Shown here piece after piece: positions 1-9,509 of a DNA stretch of 57,669 nt. The stretch is from a virus (taxonomy: Duplodnaviria > Caudoviricetes), in the IMG/VR virus record IMGVR_UViG_3300033149_004313, positions 1-57,669 of that record; one strand, written 5' to 3'. Each line of letters opens with the position of its first letter. The first letter of the stretch is position 1. The translations under genes and the position numbers were made by a program. A model generated the notes under the pieces. That model worked only from the letters and a program-made list of their open reading frames with translations, ran no database searches and was not told the origin of the DNA.

Positions 1-114
1 GGTGGGCACTGATGAGAGGCTTTATGATTACATTAAAGGCGGTATAGAGGCATTTGAACCACCTAAAAAAATAATATATAATAAGCCGGTATTATCCCAC
101 GATGAGGTGCACGC
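1..114. repeat. Terminal direct repeat (identical to 57556-57669); circular-assembly overlap
   Basis: Bases 1-114 match the last 114 bases exactly, and an ORF reads continuously across the junction. Confidence 0.97.
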
Positions 115-925
115 AGCCCTTATGCTAACCGATGCACATGCCGAGGAGCTCGTTAAGAGCGAGGAAATGGAAGGTTTAGCGGAATATAACTGGCAGATAT
201 TTTTAAACCGGATGGATAAAACGGCTAATAAGACACTTGAACTCGTTAATATCATGCGTCAGGCTAGCGAAGTTCATTCTCTTGATGTTGATTGTCTTGG
301 CGATTGGTTCACCGGCAAGATATTACCTCAAGAGGAAGGATACGGCACAACGCTAACTATGCCTCAAGCTGTCCCCCGTGTGGGGCAGGCGCTTGGGCGT
401 TTTCTCGTGGGAATATCACCACACTTTGATAAAATCCGTGTTAATTGTATGTGTGGCAATCACGGCAGGGATAGTTTGCGTCCTGCTTTCAAGATGACAG
501 CGGATAGAAACTGGGATATGTCAGTTTACCTCATTGCCCAGGGCTATACCGAGCAATGCTCCAACATTGAGTGGAATATCCCCAAGAGTATCATGACTGT
601 AGTTGATGTTATGGGGTGGAAATGTTTGCTATCTCATTCGATGGAAGTGCAAATGACGCATAGAACTCCATATTATCCTATCGAGACTACGGTCGATATG
701 GAGCATAAGGTAAGGGCTGGCACGGATAAAGATTTCCAATACGTATTCATGGGGCACTGGCACCACCATGCGGTATTGGATAATTCCATTATTATCTGTC
801 CATGTATGATTGGGGCAAATCAGTATAGCCGGTTTAGACTGCACCGGAAATCTACATCCGAGCAGTTGTTATGCTTCTTTACTAAAAAACATGGCCTGAT
901 CAGTCAATGGCCTATTAAATTATAG
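2..925 (+). CDS. Calcineurin-like metallophosphoesterase, 3' part; true start is ATG 57449 across the circular junction (about 343 aa)
   Basis: Motifs LTDAH, LGDW, CGNHG, LSH, MGHWH; 57449 is in frame with GTG 57557, which equals position 2. Confidence 0.85.
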   Translation: MGTDERLYDYIKGGIEAFEPPKKIIYNKPVLSHDEVHAALMLTDAHAEELVKSEEMEGLAEYNWQIFLNRMDKTANKTLELVNIMRQASEVHSLDVDCLGDWFTGKILPQEEGYGTTLTMPQAVPRVGQALGRFLVGISPHFDKIRVNCMCGNHGRDSLRPAFKMTADRNWDMSVYLIAQGYTEQCSNIEWNIPKSIMTVVDVMGWKCLLSHSMEVQMTHRTPYYPIETTVDMEHKVRAGTDKDFQYVFMGHWHHHAVLDNSIIICPCMIGANQYSRFRLHRKSTSEQLLCFFTKKHGLISQWPIKL

Positions 926-963
926 CATAGTAAGTCGGAGAAGATTCGACATATTGAGGGAAG

Positions 964-1152
964 ATGCTCAGAAAACTACTAGATAGATTGATTGGATGGT
1001 TTATAGCATTAATGATATTTGCTATTATTTATCTCTATCTGTTTTTTGGTTGGCAATTAGTATTTGGCCAAGAGCTCACCATGTATGATCAACAGGAAAA
1101 TAGCATGAAGGCCGAGTATCGGGAAACCATAGCTCGGCTTCGGAATAAATAA
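964..1152 (+). CDS. Small single-pass membrane protein
   Basis: Hydrophobic N-terminal stretch, GAGGG upstream. Confidence 0.6.
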   Translation: MLRKLLDRLIGWFIALMIFAIIYLYLFFGWQLVFGQELTMYDQQENSMKAEYRETIARLRNK

Positions 1153-1170
1153 ATTTATGGGAGGAGAATC

Positions 1171-3396
1171 ATGAAAGAAAAATGGAGAGCAAGATTAATC
1201 GCCTCTGGCGTCAGTTTATTAGCTCCTGTACTTCTCATGTTAGTTATCTTTCTTGTGATGGTCCTTACTGGTGATTATGTATTCGCAAAAGATCGTTACA
1301 AGATAGATAAAGACATCAAACTGAAAGCCCGTGCAGCATCAGTACAGATATTACATTTAATACCAGGCCTCAAAGCTAGCTTTGCAGATCCCCTTTCTGA
1401 AACTACCAGGATAGATACAAAACAACAGATTTTGGATATCCTGGAAGAGCAGGAAGTTACCAAGGAGGCTATCGAAGACCTCTTGAATAAAAGAAACCTC
1501 ACGGAAGAAAAACTAAATAAACTTATTACATCTATGATTGACGAGGCTATTAAAGCCGAACGGACTAGAGATGAACAGGATAAATATGAATCTAGCCTCA
1601 CCAGCATAGAAAGATACGGCTATGAAAGCCCTTCAAAAACAGCCATACCCCTGGGAGCACTGGCACCAAGGTGGGCCCGGTTTCCTGAACGGGTGCTGGT
1701 AGTTCAGAAGACCGAAAGGGATGAAATTACTGCATGGGAAAAAGAATATGAAGAGGATGTTCTGGCAGTATCCGAAACGGCGGACGTGAGCCCCAGCAAG
1801 GCAAAAGCAATAATCACAACACTCAGGAGCAAAGGTTACAGCATATTCAAGGAAGAAATAGCGGAGGAGGCTACTGTTGAACTTCTATGGTTCCGCTCTG
1901 GATGGGATGAAAAATATCCCACTACATTAAACTGGAAAGTGTGCATCGAAGGTACGGAGACTAACATTATCACCGGATATGATCCCAGAGGGATTTTACA
2001 TGTGCGCCCTATCCCTGACGGTAAGCGGGTGTATGTGTCCGCTGGATATTTTGATCTCAAAGACGAGTTCAGACCTAAATCCTCGGAAACTAAGCGGCTG
2101 GAATATGAATTAGAGGGACTTGAAAGAAAAATCAAGCTGATGCAGGAACAGCAGGCTGAAAGAGATGAGGCTAATGAGAAAAGAATAAAAGAATTAAACG
2201 AGCAATTAGCCAAAACCGAGGAAGAGCTTCGCAAGGAAAAAAAGGAGGAATACAAGCGTGATATTTCCAAGGCTACCTGGCTTGATGTAAAAATGGGCGT
2301 TGTGAAACTTGAAGAATTCTGGATGATCGGAGGCGGTACAGGAACTTATCTTGGAAATATGAAGGTTGATAATGAAATGTACGGCTTTCAATCCAGTTGG
2401 GGCGGCTATAGACATTTCACTGGAAGTGAAGAAAAAGGCGTTATATTAACGAATGCACACGTTGCTACTCATGCCATAGATTACAATGTATACGTTTCGG
2501 AAGACAAAGAGGTTATGTGGATTATCTACCCAGGCTACCAGTATGTAAGATATACGCAAGACAGTGATCTTTTCGGATCGCCTAGTCAGGTTCTCTGCAT
2601 AGATTATAAGCCGGTATTAAGTCGGTCGATGGATTGCGCCATTATTGTGACAACCAAGGTGCCGCATTACAAAAAACATGCTGCACTTTTGGGTAACAGC
2701 GATAATGTGGATCAAGGCGACAGGGTAATTATGGTAGGCAATCCGGGTTTATTGCAGAAGTTTGCCACCGAAGGCATTATCTCGAACAAAAATTACGATT
2801 CGATGAAAGACGCCACGTGGTTTTATCTTCCGCCAATACCCAGAACAGTCCTTGACTTGCTGCGAAACGCAAACCTATGGATTGATGCACCTATTGGCAT
2901 TGGGGGCACAAGCGGTTCTGCAATCTGGGCACTGGATGGTAAAGAACAGGGCAAAGTTATCGCCCTTCATGCTCTGGGATTAGGCAGTCCTATTTCATTT
3001 ACCAAACCAGTGAGTAAAATTGATGTTGATTCCATTGATTTTTCGATAATCGGAGATGAGGAAGGAAAGATTGTTTGTGATCCAAAGGATTGTGATTGCG
3101 AAGATTATATTGGGAAAAAACAAATCAGATTGACTGCTGAAAAATTGAGAGAAGAACTATTCAAGGATTATTCGTTTGAAAAAGCTATGAAAGGAAACAG
3201 GCAATCCCCTGATGTTTTCTATAAAGAAAATGAGACGTTTAAACCATTGATGAGTGCACACGGGAAATTCATCTGGATTACTGGTATGAGTGCTGGTATT
3301 CCGATCAATAAAGTTAAAACATATCTCCAGGAGCGGGGGCTTGATCCTGATAATTTTAAATGGGAGGGTATAGACAAGAAATACTGGTGGCAATAA
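1171..3396 (+). CDS. Membrane-anchored trypsin-like (S1/HtrA-like) serine protease with large insertions
   Basis: N-terminal TM/signal; GGGTG, ILTNAHV (His), SMDCAI (Asp), LGNSD..VIMVGNP, GGTSGS (Ser), SAGIP; RBS GGGAGGAG. Confidence 0.85.
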   Translation: MKEKWRARLIASGVSLLAPVLLMLVIFLVMVLTGDYVFAKDRYKIDKDIKLKARAASVQILHLIPGLKASFADPLSETTRIDTKQQILDILEEQEVTKEAIEDLLNKRNLTEEKLNKLITSMIDEAIKAERTRDEQDKYESSLTSIERYGYESPSKTAIPLGALAPRWARFPERVLVVQKTERDEITAWEKEYEEDVLAVSETADVSPSKAKAIITTLRSKGYSIFKEEIAEEATVELLWFRSGWDEKYPTTLNWKVCIEGTETNIITGYDPRGILHVRPIPDGKRVYVSAGYFDLKDEFRPKSSETKRLEYELEGLERKIKLMQEQQAERDEANEKRIKELNEQLAKTEEELRKEKKEEYKRDISKATWLDVKMGVVKLEEFWMIGGGTGTYLGNMKVDNEMYGFQSSWGGYRHFTGSEEKGVILTNAHVATHAIDYNVYVSEDKEVMWIIYPGYQYVRYTQDSDLFGSPSQVLCIDYKPVLSRSMDCAIIVTTKVPHYKKHAALLGNSDNVDQGDRVIMVGNPGLLQKFATEGIISNKNYDSMKDATWFYLPPIPRTVLDLLRNANLWIDAPIGIGGTSGSAIWALDGKEQGKVIALHALGLGSPISFTKPVSKIDVDSIDFSIIGDEEGKIVCDPKDCDCEDYIGKKQIRLTAEKLREELFKDYSFEKAMKGNRQSPDVFYKENETFKPLMSAHGKFIWITGMSAGIPINKVKTYLQERGLDPDNFKWEGIDKKYWWQ

Positions 3397-3400
3397 AGTC

Positions 3401-3429
3401 TTGACAAGAAAGATGAGGAACAATATCAT
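3401..3429 (+). promoter_or_regulatory. Sigma70-type promoter ahead of the lysis/packaging genes
   Basis: TTGACA-17 bp-TATCAT. Confidence 0.65.
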
Positions 3430-3574
3430 TAAAGTCAAATATGATTACATCAATAGCAGGTGGCGTTATATCTGGATTTGTAAGATACATGGCTGCGCTT
3501 CCAACAAGGTGGGCAGGTGTCCATGCCTGGAAGGTAAGCCGTGTTATTCAGCGTAAAGGATAGATTATGACATA

Positions 3575-3760
3575 ATGGATCGTTCTTCAACTATATTGGA
3601 TTTAATGAGCAATGCAATCGATCAATGGTTACATCTATTGTCTGAGGGCCATATTGAGGAGCTGGAGCATAGGTTGGAGACAGCAAAAAAAGACCTCAGA
3701 ATACTCATTGAGAAAGATGATGAACGTAGAATTTCTGCAAAAGCTAAAGAAAAGGATTAA
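3575..3760 (+). CDS. Hypothetical protein
   Basis: 61-aa ORF downstream of the promoter, overlapping the lysozyme start. Confidence 0.5.
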   Translation: MDRSSTILDLMSNAIDQWLHLLSEGHIEELEHRLETAKKDLRILIEKDDERRISAKAKEKD

Positions 3761-4175
3761 GAAAGACGAAGCATATAGAGCGTACCCTTACGATGATAAG
3801 ACGGGGCATATGCTCACCAAGGGCTCAACTGTTTATGGCACGGTGACATTTGGCTACGGTTTAACTTACCTCACCGAGGAGGAGAGTGATCACGTCCTCC
3901 AGATGCGGCTCAGGTGGATCATTGAAGAGCTCTTGCCGAAACTGCCTGAGATAGGCAACTGCAACCATGATCGGCTGATAGTGATTATCAGTATGATCTA
4001 TCAGTTTGGTTTTGAAGGATATAAGCGTTTCTCTCGCATGAGAGAAGCGATACAGATGCAGGATTGGCAAGGGGCTGCCGAGGAGTGCCTGGATAGTAAG
4101 GCATATCGGAGGGGAATGCCAGGTGTAAGAAAGCGATTTGAATGGTATGCAAAGACGTTAAGGGATGGGGAATAA
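3717..4175 (+). CDS. Endolysin, GH24/T4-lysozyme-like muramidase
   Basis: DEAYRAYPYDDKTG..TFGYG catalytic region and MIYQFG..F..M..AI...DW..AA.E.LDS C-lobe; start moved from 3612 to ATG 3717. Confidence 0.85.
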   Translation: MMNVEFLQKLKKRIKKDEAYRAYPYDDKTGHMLTKGSTVYGTVTFGYGLTYLTEEESDHVLQMRLRWIIEELLPKLPEIGNCNHDRLIVIISMIYQFGFEGYKRFSRMREAIQMQDWQGAAEECLDSKAYRRGMPGVRKRFEWYAKTLRDGE

Positions 4176-4348
4176 TGCTTCGCTGTCCTAATTGCGGTAA
4201 CAATGTCATGTACGACAATTATAATTGGTGCCCTTGGTGTGGATCGAATCTCAGGGTAGAATATAAAACAAAGTTGAATGATAATAAAACAGATGATGTT
4301 TTTACTCCAGTTTATAGAATAGACGAGGAAGAGGAACAATATGATTGA
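4175..4348 (+). CDS. Small zinc-ribbon protein
   Basis: CPNCG...CPWCG; start overlaps the lysozyme stop. Confidence 0.6.
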   Translation: MLRCPNCGNNVMYDNYNWCPWCGSNLRVEYKTKLNDNKTDDVFTPVYRIDEEEEQYD

Positions 4349-4360
4349 GGGAGATAAATA

Positions 4361-4519
4361 ATGTGGTTATGGATACCTCTAATACTTCTTGCAATCGGTT
4401 TGGGAATCTATATTTTCATAGGTATTGCGACATTATATACTATATTTCCAGCAATCGATCACTCGCTGGGGGAAATGATTAAAATTATTCTCTTTTGGCC
4501 TTTTATTACGTATTTGTGA
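4361..4519 (+). CDS. 52-aa membrane protein (not in the ORF track)
   Basis: MWLWIPLILLAIGLGIYIFIGIATLYTIFP...; RBS GAGGGAG. Confidence 0.6.
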   Translation: MWLWIPLILLAIGLGIYIFIGIATLYTIFPAIDHSLGEMIKIILFWPFITYL

Positions 4520-4582
4520 AAAAAAAAGATGTGGAATGATTTAAAAAGGAAGAAGGACCAATAAAAGGATATGTAATAATCA

Positions 4583-4696
4583 TATTAGTTTCCTGATATT
4601 TAGGGAGCGAGTTTTTGCCGAAAGGCTACGGTAGGGAAACCTACTAAGAGCGGGCTGGTAATGAGTGGGGGGTAGTTACCTATCAGGAAGCTAATA
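4583..4696 (+). ncRNA. Putative multi-branched structured RNA upstream of the holin-like gene
   Basis: 16-bp closing stem (4583-4598/4681-4696, one G-U) enclosing two GAAA-tetraloop hairpins. Confidence 0.55.
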
Positions 4697-4727
4697 CACA
4701 AAATTTAGAAGGAAAGGAGAAAGACGA

Positions 4728-4946
4728 ATGAGCTACAAGAAAGATCCTTGGATCGTAAGTGTAGTGTGGGGCCGTATCGGGGCGGCTGTATTGGCGCTGT
4801 TGGCCTTTGTTCTCGGGATATTTGGCTATTCCATGGGAATGGAAGATGTAGGCTCCGCTAATCAGCTCATAACTGCCATAATAGCTGGTGTGGGCGGTAT
4901 TCTTGCGCTAATAAGCAAGATACGTGAAACGAAAAAGATTAAGTAA
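4728..4946 (+). CDS. Holin-like protein with 2 TM segments
   Basis: Two hydrophobic helices, basic C-terminus, lysis-cassette position, RBS AAAGGAG. Confidence 0.65.
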   Translation: MSYKKDPWIVSVVWGRIGAAVLALLAFVLGIFGYSMGMEDVGSANQLITAIIAGVGGILALISKIRETKKIK

Positions 4947-5149
4947 TGCACTGGATTGAAGTTATAGCGGAGTTGTTGAACCGTGTTGCCGAGATCATTG
5001 AAAGGATATGGTATGCACAACGCCAACAGCAAAGGCAGGAAGAGGCTGATATGGCCCATGATGATCCTTCTTCTGCTTTTGCTGACCATTTCGGTGGGAG
5101 CGTGCACCACATGCCGGATGCCTCCGAGACCGATAAAACCACAGATTGA
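4946..5149 (+). CDS. Putative i-spanin-like (Rz-like) protein
   Basis: Coupled to the holin stop; overlapped in another frame by a lipoprotein gene; N-terminal helix is amphipathic rather than clearly TM. Confidence 0.45.
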   Translation: MHWIEVIAELLNRVAEIIERIWYAQRQQQRQEEADMAHDDPSSAFADHFGGSVHHMPDASETDKTTD

Positions 5150-5243
5150 TGTGTATGAGTACGGCGAATACGTATGTTTCGACAGGGATGATGCAATGGA
5201 GCTGTTTGATTATATTTTAGAGCTTGAAGCTGGATACGAATAA
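5058..5243 (+). CDS. Putative o-spanin-like (Rz1-like) lipoprotein
   Basis: MMILLLLLLTISVGA-C lipobox, Pro-rich segment, starts inside the preceding gene. Confidence 0.6.
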   Translation: MMILLLLLLTISVGACTTCRMPPRPIKPQIDVYEYGEYVCFDRDDAMELFDYILELEAGYE

Positions 5244-5569
5244 TGACAAATGAAGTCACAAAAGAAGATATGATTAAGCATTTAGAGCGTTCTCCAGCTC
5301 AACTTGCATTTGATAACGAAAAGCTCACTGAAGATCAGGTAGCGAAAGACCTTGCTCTTATTCGGAGAAGGGCAAAAAAATTATTGAGCCCGAAACAGAA
5401 AGATGCTAAAATAATTGCTAAAGCAGCAAAAACATTACATGATTGTCTGCAAACCATTATAGCTGTGAGAGGTATGGAAGCCCCCAAAGTAGACAATAAA
5501 GAGCACTCCGGAGAAGTAACATTGAGAGTTGTTTATGATGATGAATTAAGTGAAAACGGTAAAGAATAA
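5243..5569 (+). CDS. Probable terminase small subunit
   Basis: Directly upstream of TerL with stop/start overlap; C-terminal EHSGEVTLRVVYDD strand typical of TerS. Confidence 0.55.
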   Translation: MTNEVTKEDMIKHLERSPAQLAFDNEKLTEDQVAKDLALIRRRAKKLLSPKQKDAKIIAKAAKTLHDCLQTIIAVRGMEAPKVDNKEHSGEVTLRVVYDDELSENGKE

Positions 5570-6821
5570 TGGAATTGACAATTCATTTACCAGGTTTAGA
5601 TAAACATCCAAAACAAAAAGAATTCGTTAGAAGTTCAGCAAAGCGTAAAGTAGTAAGAGCAGGCCGAAGAGGTGGAAAAACTGTGGGTGTTGCGATATTG
5701 GCAGTTGAAAAATTTCTAAAAGGCCATCGTATTTTATATGGTGTACCTGTCACAGAACAATTAGATCGATTTTGGACAACAGTTGTTCGAGCACTCGAAG
5801 AACCTATTAAAAAAAAATTTTTTATAAAAATGAAACTAAAAAAATTATTGAACTTCCAGGCACAGAACAACGAATTAAAGCTAAGAGCGCCTGGAATGCG
5901 AATTCACTTCGTGGAGATTATGGAGACCTCTTGATTTTAGATGAGTTCCAACTTATGAGTAAAGACACTTGGGATGCAGTAGGAGCACCGATGCTGCTTG
6001 ACAATGATGGGGATGCAATATTTATCTATACTCCACCCTCGTTACACAGCCGGTCTGCTTCCAAGGCCGATGATCCTCAATATGCAGCCAAGATGTTCAA
6101 AAAGGCTAGAGAGTTGATGAACGGCGGTTCCACCCGATGGGCTGCCTTCCATTTTACATCTATGGATAATCCTCATCTGTCCAAAGAGGCGCTTGAAGAT
6201 ATTGTTACCGATATGAGCTCTCTATCCTACCGCATGGAGATTCTTGCGGAAGATATTGATGAAGCACCAGGTGCCTTATGGACAAGGGCCATGATTGAAG
6301 ATCATCGAGTAATGTCTGCACCAGAAGAATTACACAGGATTGTAGTGGCTGTTGACCCCTCCACTACTAGCACTGGAGATGAAGCTGGAATTATTGTTTG
6401 CGGAAAGTTGAAAGATGAAGGCTATGTTTTAGCGGATTATTCTTTGCAAGGAAGTCCTCTCACGTGGGCCAGAAAAGCTGTAAAGGCCTATCATGATCAT
6501 AAGGCTAATTTGATTGTAGCCGAGAAGAATCAGGGAGGGGAGATGGTGGAAACTACAATTCACCAGGTAGACCCTGATGTGCCAGTCAAACTAGTTCACG
6601 CTTCAAAAGGCAAGCAGGCTCGGGCGGAGCCTATCAGCGCTAAAGCAGAGAAAGGTAAGATTCACCATGTAGGGAGTTTCCCTCTGTTGGAAGATGAGCT
6701 TTGCCTGTGGCAGCCTGGAGACCCATCACCCAGCAGATTAGATGCGTGTGTCTGGGGTATGACGGAGCTTATTGGCAAACAGGCGTTTGATAGTATGGAT
6801 TTGGATGAGGTGTTGAGTTAA
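5569..6821 (+). CDS. terL: Terminase large subunit, split by a -1 frameshift at about 5809-5823
   Basis: AGRRGGKT Walker A in frame 0; the -1 frame continues FYKNETKKII...NSLRGDYGDLLILDEF (Walker B) and then the nuclease motifs VAVDPS, AEKNQGG, SRLDA. Confidence 0.92.
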
Positions 6822-6826
6822 TAGAG

Positions 6827-7697
6827 ATGAGTATTTTAAAATATAAAGTTTGGAATAAAAAAGAAAAGAAATACGAAGCTAATAATGATTGTATTGTGAC
6901 ACAAGAAGGAAAAGTAGCTTTTTGGGATGAAAGCCAAGGATGGTCTTCAGATTATGCACATCAATCAGACTATGTAATAGATAAAATTATTATTGAGACC
7001 TCTAAAGGAGAGTGCCATGAGCATTAATTTTGAGACAAAAACTACTGCCTCTGTGAGATATCCAGTTGGAGAAACTAATAGAATTGAGGAAGTAAATATA
7101 ACAAATAAAGGTATTGAAATTATGGATGGATATGTCTTATTACCATGGGATTGGATAGATAATGGTAGAAAAATCATAGAGGAGGATAATCATTGGTAAT
7201 CCCTAATAAAAAAAGATTGCAGTGATGCCACAAGAAATAATACTTAAAACAAAAATGAAGCCTGAAGAAATTCAAGAAATAAAAAAAAGAATAAAAGGAA
7301 AAGATGTTGCGGGTATTTCATTAAAAGAGATTAATGAATTTGAGGAACTTCTAAATAAAGCATATGAATATAATTCAACAGTAATTTGTCCTAAATGTGG
7401 ACATGAATTTGAAATAGAGGAATAATATACTAAATAAATTAGAGAATCCCAAGGAAGAAGATTATGGTGAGCCCTAAGAAAACATTACATCCATTAGAAG
7501 GGCCATATTGTTGTCCTGAATGGGAAAGAGCCCGCCAAAAGAAAACTGATTGTGAAGGTTGGCAAGAATTAATATGGAGAGATGAAATTGCTCGTGATGA
7601 TAAACCCCACATTGGTAATATTGGCCTTGGGACGAATTTTCCACCATTAAGATATTGTCCCTGGTGTGGTCATTGTTGGGAGAAAGAATCTTATTAA
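6827..7697 (+). other. Run of four small hypothetical CDS (6827-7027 YopX-like N-terminus, 7017-7199, 7222-7425 with CPKCG, 7464-7697 with CPWCG)
   Basis: Tightly packed ORFs; LKYKVWNKKEKK resembles the YopX N-terminus. Confidence 0.55.
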
Positions 7698-7786
7698 TTA
7701 AATAGCACCAGGAAAGGGATGCAAAGTTCACAGAGATGCAGCCGAAAGTATTTATGATCAACTTAAAGAACTGAAAAGAGAAAAAT

Positions 7787-7945
7787 ATGCCTAAAGATTT
7801 TGAAAATTGCGCCAAACAGGGTGGAAGAGTAAGAACAAAAACTCTTAGCGGCAATAGATACATCCGAATCTGTTTCAAAGATAATAAAAGCTATGCTGGT
7901 GAGGCCAAAAAAAAGAAAACCGGCTTGATGGCGGGAAAGGCGTAA
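7787..7945 (+). CDS. 52-aa basic protein ending TGLMAGKA (not in the ORF track)
   Basis: MPKDFENCAKQGGRVRTKTLSGNRYIRICFKDNKSYAGEAKKKKTGLMAGKA. Confidence 0.7.
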   Translation: MPKDFENCAKQGGRVRTKTLSGNRYIRICFKDNKSYAGEAKKKKTGLMAGKA

Positions 7946-7947
7946 TT

Positions 7948-8154
7948 ATGCCAACAACAAAAGAAATTAAAAAAGCGAGAGATTTGGTAGAACCTATTAC
8001 CAATAAAGCAATAAAAGTCGAACTAAAATCTTATGGTGATTTTGAAAATATTAATACTAATGAATCTATGCTTGCAGAAAAAATATTGAAAAATCAAGTT
8101 AAGGAAGTTCTAAAGGGATTTATTAAGAGAAGAAAAGAATTTAAGAAAAAATAG
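7948..8154 (+). CDS. Small basic hypothetical protein
   Basis: ORF directly follows the previous stop. Confidence 0.55.
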   Translation: MPTTKEIKKARDLVEPITNKAIKVELKSYGDFENINTNESMLAEKILKNQVKEVLKGFIKRRKEFKKK

Positions 8155-8205
8155 GAATTGATTGGCGGCATATGCCATCTAAAATAGTGATAAGGGAAAA
8201 GAAAC

Positions 8206-8475
8206 ATGCCGAGAAGAGATTATTCGCCTGAAAACTATAATTCTTTTGCAGAGGCTTATGTCGCTTATTGGGATGATAGACATAGTGATATGAAGAACCC
8301 TACAATTATCTCGGAAGACAAATTTGCCCAGATATGGGGATGGAAAAAGAAAAAAAAGCAAAAGGAAAAAGGTTTGATGGCCGGTAAAAAGAAAGGTTTC
8401 GGTTCTATCACCAAAGAGGCGAAATCATCTATTGCAAGACGCAATCTTGAGTTGAAAAAGATTATGGAGGACTGA
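8206..8475 (+). CDS. Small basic protein containing GLMAG
   Basis: ORF with RBS; Lys-rich. Confidence 0.6.
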   Translation: MPRRDYSPENYNSFAEAYVAYWDDRHSDMKNPTIISEDKFAQIWGWKKKKKQKEKGLMAGKKKGFGSITKEAKSSIARRNLELKKIMED

Positions 8476-8476
8476 T

Positions 8477-8677
8477 ATGCCTCGATTTGATCAAACAGGC
8501 CCTCCAAGTGGTAGTAAGGGTCCCCGTGATGGCAGAGGGCGAGGACAAGGTTGGGCTCCAGGTAAAGGTATAGGTCTGATGGCCGGTGGTCAAAAAGGAC
8601 TTTTCAATCCTATCAGGATAAGAAAAGCCAGGAAGAAGAAAAATGAATTCAGCAGAACGAAAACTAACACATATTAA
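8477..8677 (+). CDS. DUF5320-like Gly/Arg-rich small protein containing GLMAG
   Basis: MPRFDQTGPPSGSKGPRDGRGRG matches the MP..D.TGP.G.GP..GRG.G pattern; RBS GGAGG. Confidence 0.6.
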   Translation: MPRFDQTGPPSGSKGPRDGRGRGQGWAPGKGIGLMAGGQKGLFNPIRIRKARKKKNEFSRTKTNTY

Positions 8678-9149
8678 AGGTTTGCTTGAAGCCTTTTACA
8701 TGCGGGGTGAAGATACCATCCCGATAGAGAGGATTCAAGCTATACTAGACCTAGAACCAGAACCTTTTGATAAAGAAGAAGAAAAAGAAATGAAAATACC
8801 CAAAAAGATTAAGATTCTCGGTCATTGGTTTAAGATTGAATTTCCGTATGCATTTAAGGAACGATTTGATCGTTATGCACAATGCGATGATACTCAGAAG
8901 ATTATCTATATAAGTGAAGTTGATATGAATGGAACAAAGAGGGCAGATTCAAGCATTATAGTCTCATTTATCCATGAAGTTTTACACGCTATTGACCTGA
9001 ATATAGGACATCATATTTTCGATGGAAAAGAAGGAGAAAATAAAATCGAAGGTTTTTCGGAAGGAATTTATCAGGTTTTGGTAGACAATGGATATTTAAA
9101 GCAACAGTCAGAAACCCTAAAAGATGAGGTTCAAAATGTATCAAAATGA
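8643..9149 (+). CDS. HEXXH zincin-like small metallopeptidase
   Basis: FIHEVLHAI with downstream E; an internal start MKIPKKIKILG is possible. Confidence 0.65.
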   Translation: MNSAERKLTHIKGLLEAFYMRGEDTIPIERIQAILDLEPEPFDKEEEKEMKIPKKIKILGHWFKIEFPYAFKERFDRYAQCDDTQKIIYISEVDMNGTKRADSSIIVSFIHEVLHAIDLNIGHHIFDGKEGENKIEGFSEGIYQVLVDNGYLKQQSETLKDEVQNVSK

Positions 9150-9507
9150 AATCATACATTTTACAGGCGGTATCAACGAGTATATCGGAGAGCTCGACCA
9201 GACTGAGCATCCATTAGGTGAAGGATGGATCAGGATCAAAAACCCCTGTGAAGTTATTTATGGGGAAAAGAAAGGCCAGGGCAAAGTCAGGTTGCTTTTA
9301 AGAATATGGGGCGTCAAGAAAGACTACCGGAGATTCGTGGACATCTACTGCCCCCCTGATTCCTTGAAAGAAATCCGTGTATTGGATAAAGATGGGGAAG
9401 TTTACAAGGTCTATAAAAGGGAATTGGATAGACCAAGTTTAGACCTTATTAAGGCTCCAACGGATGCTGACTTGGCTACAATAGGCAAAGATCGAAAACT
9501 GAATTAA
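9124..9507 (+). CDS. Hypothetical protein
   Basis: ORF in the operon, likely start 9136. Confidence 0.6.
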   Translation: MRFKMYQNEIIHFTGGINEYIGELDQTEHPLGEGWIRIKNPCEVIYGEKKGQGKVRLLLRIWGVKKDYRRFVDIYCPPDSLKEIRVLDKDGEVYKVYKRELDRPSLDLIKAPTDADLATIGKDRKLN

Positions 9508-9509
9508 GC

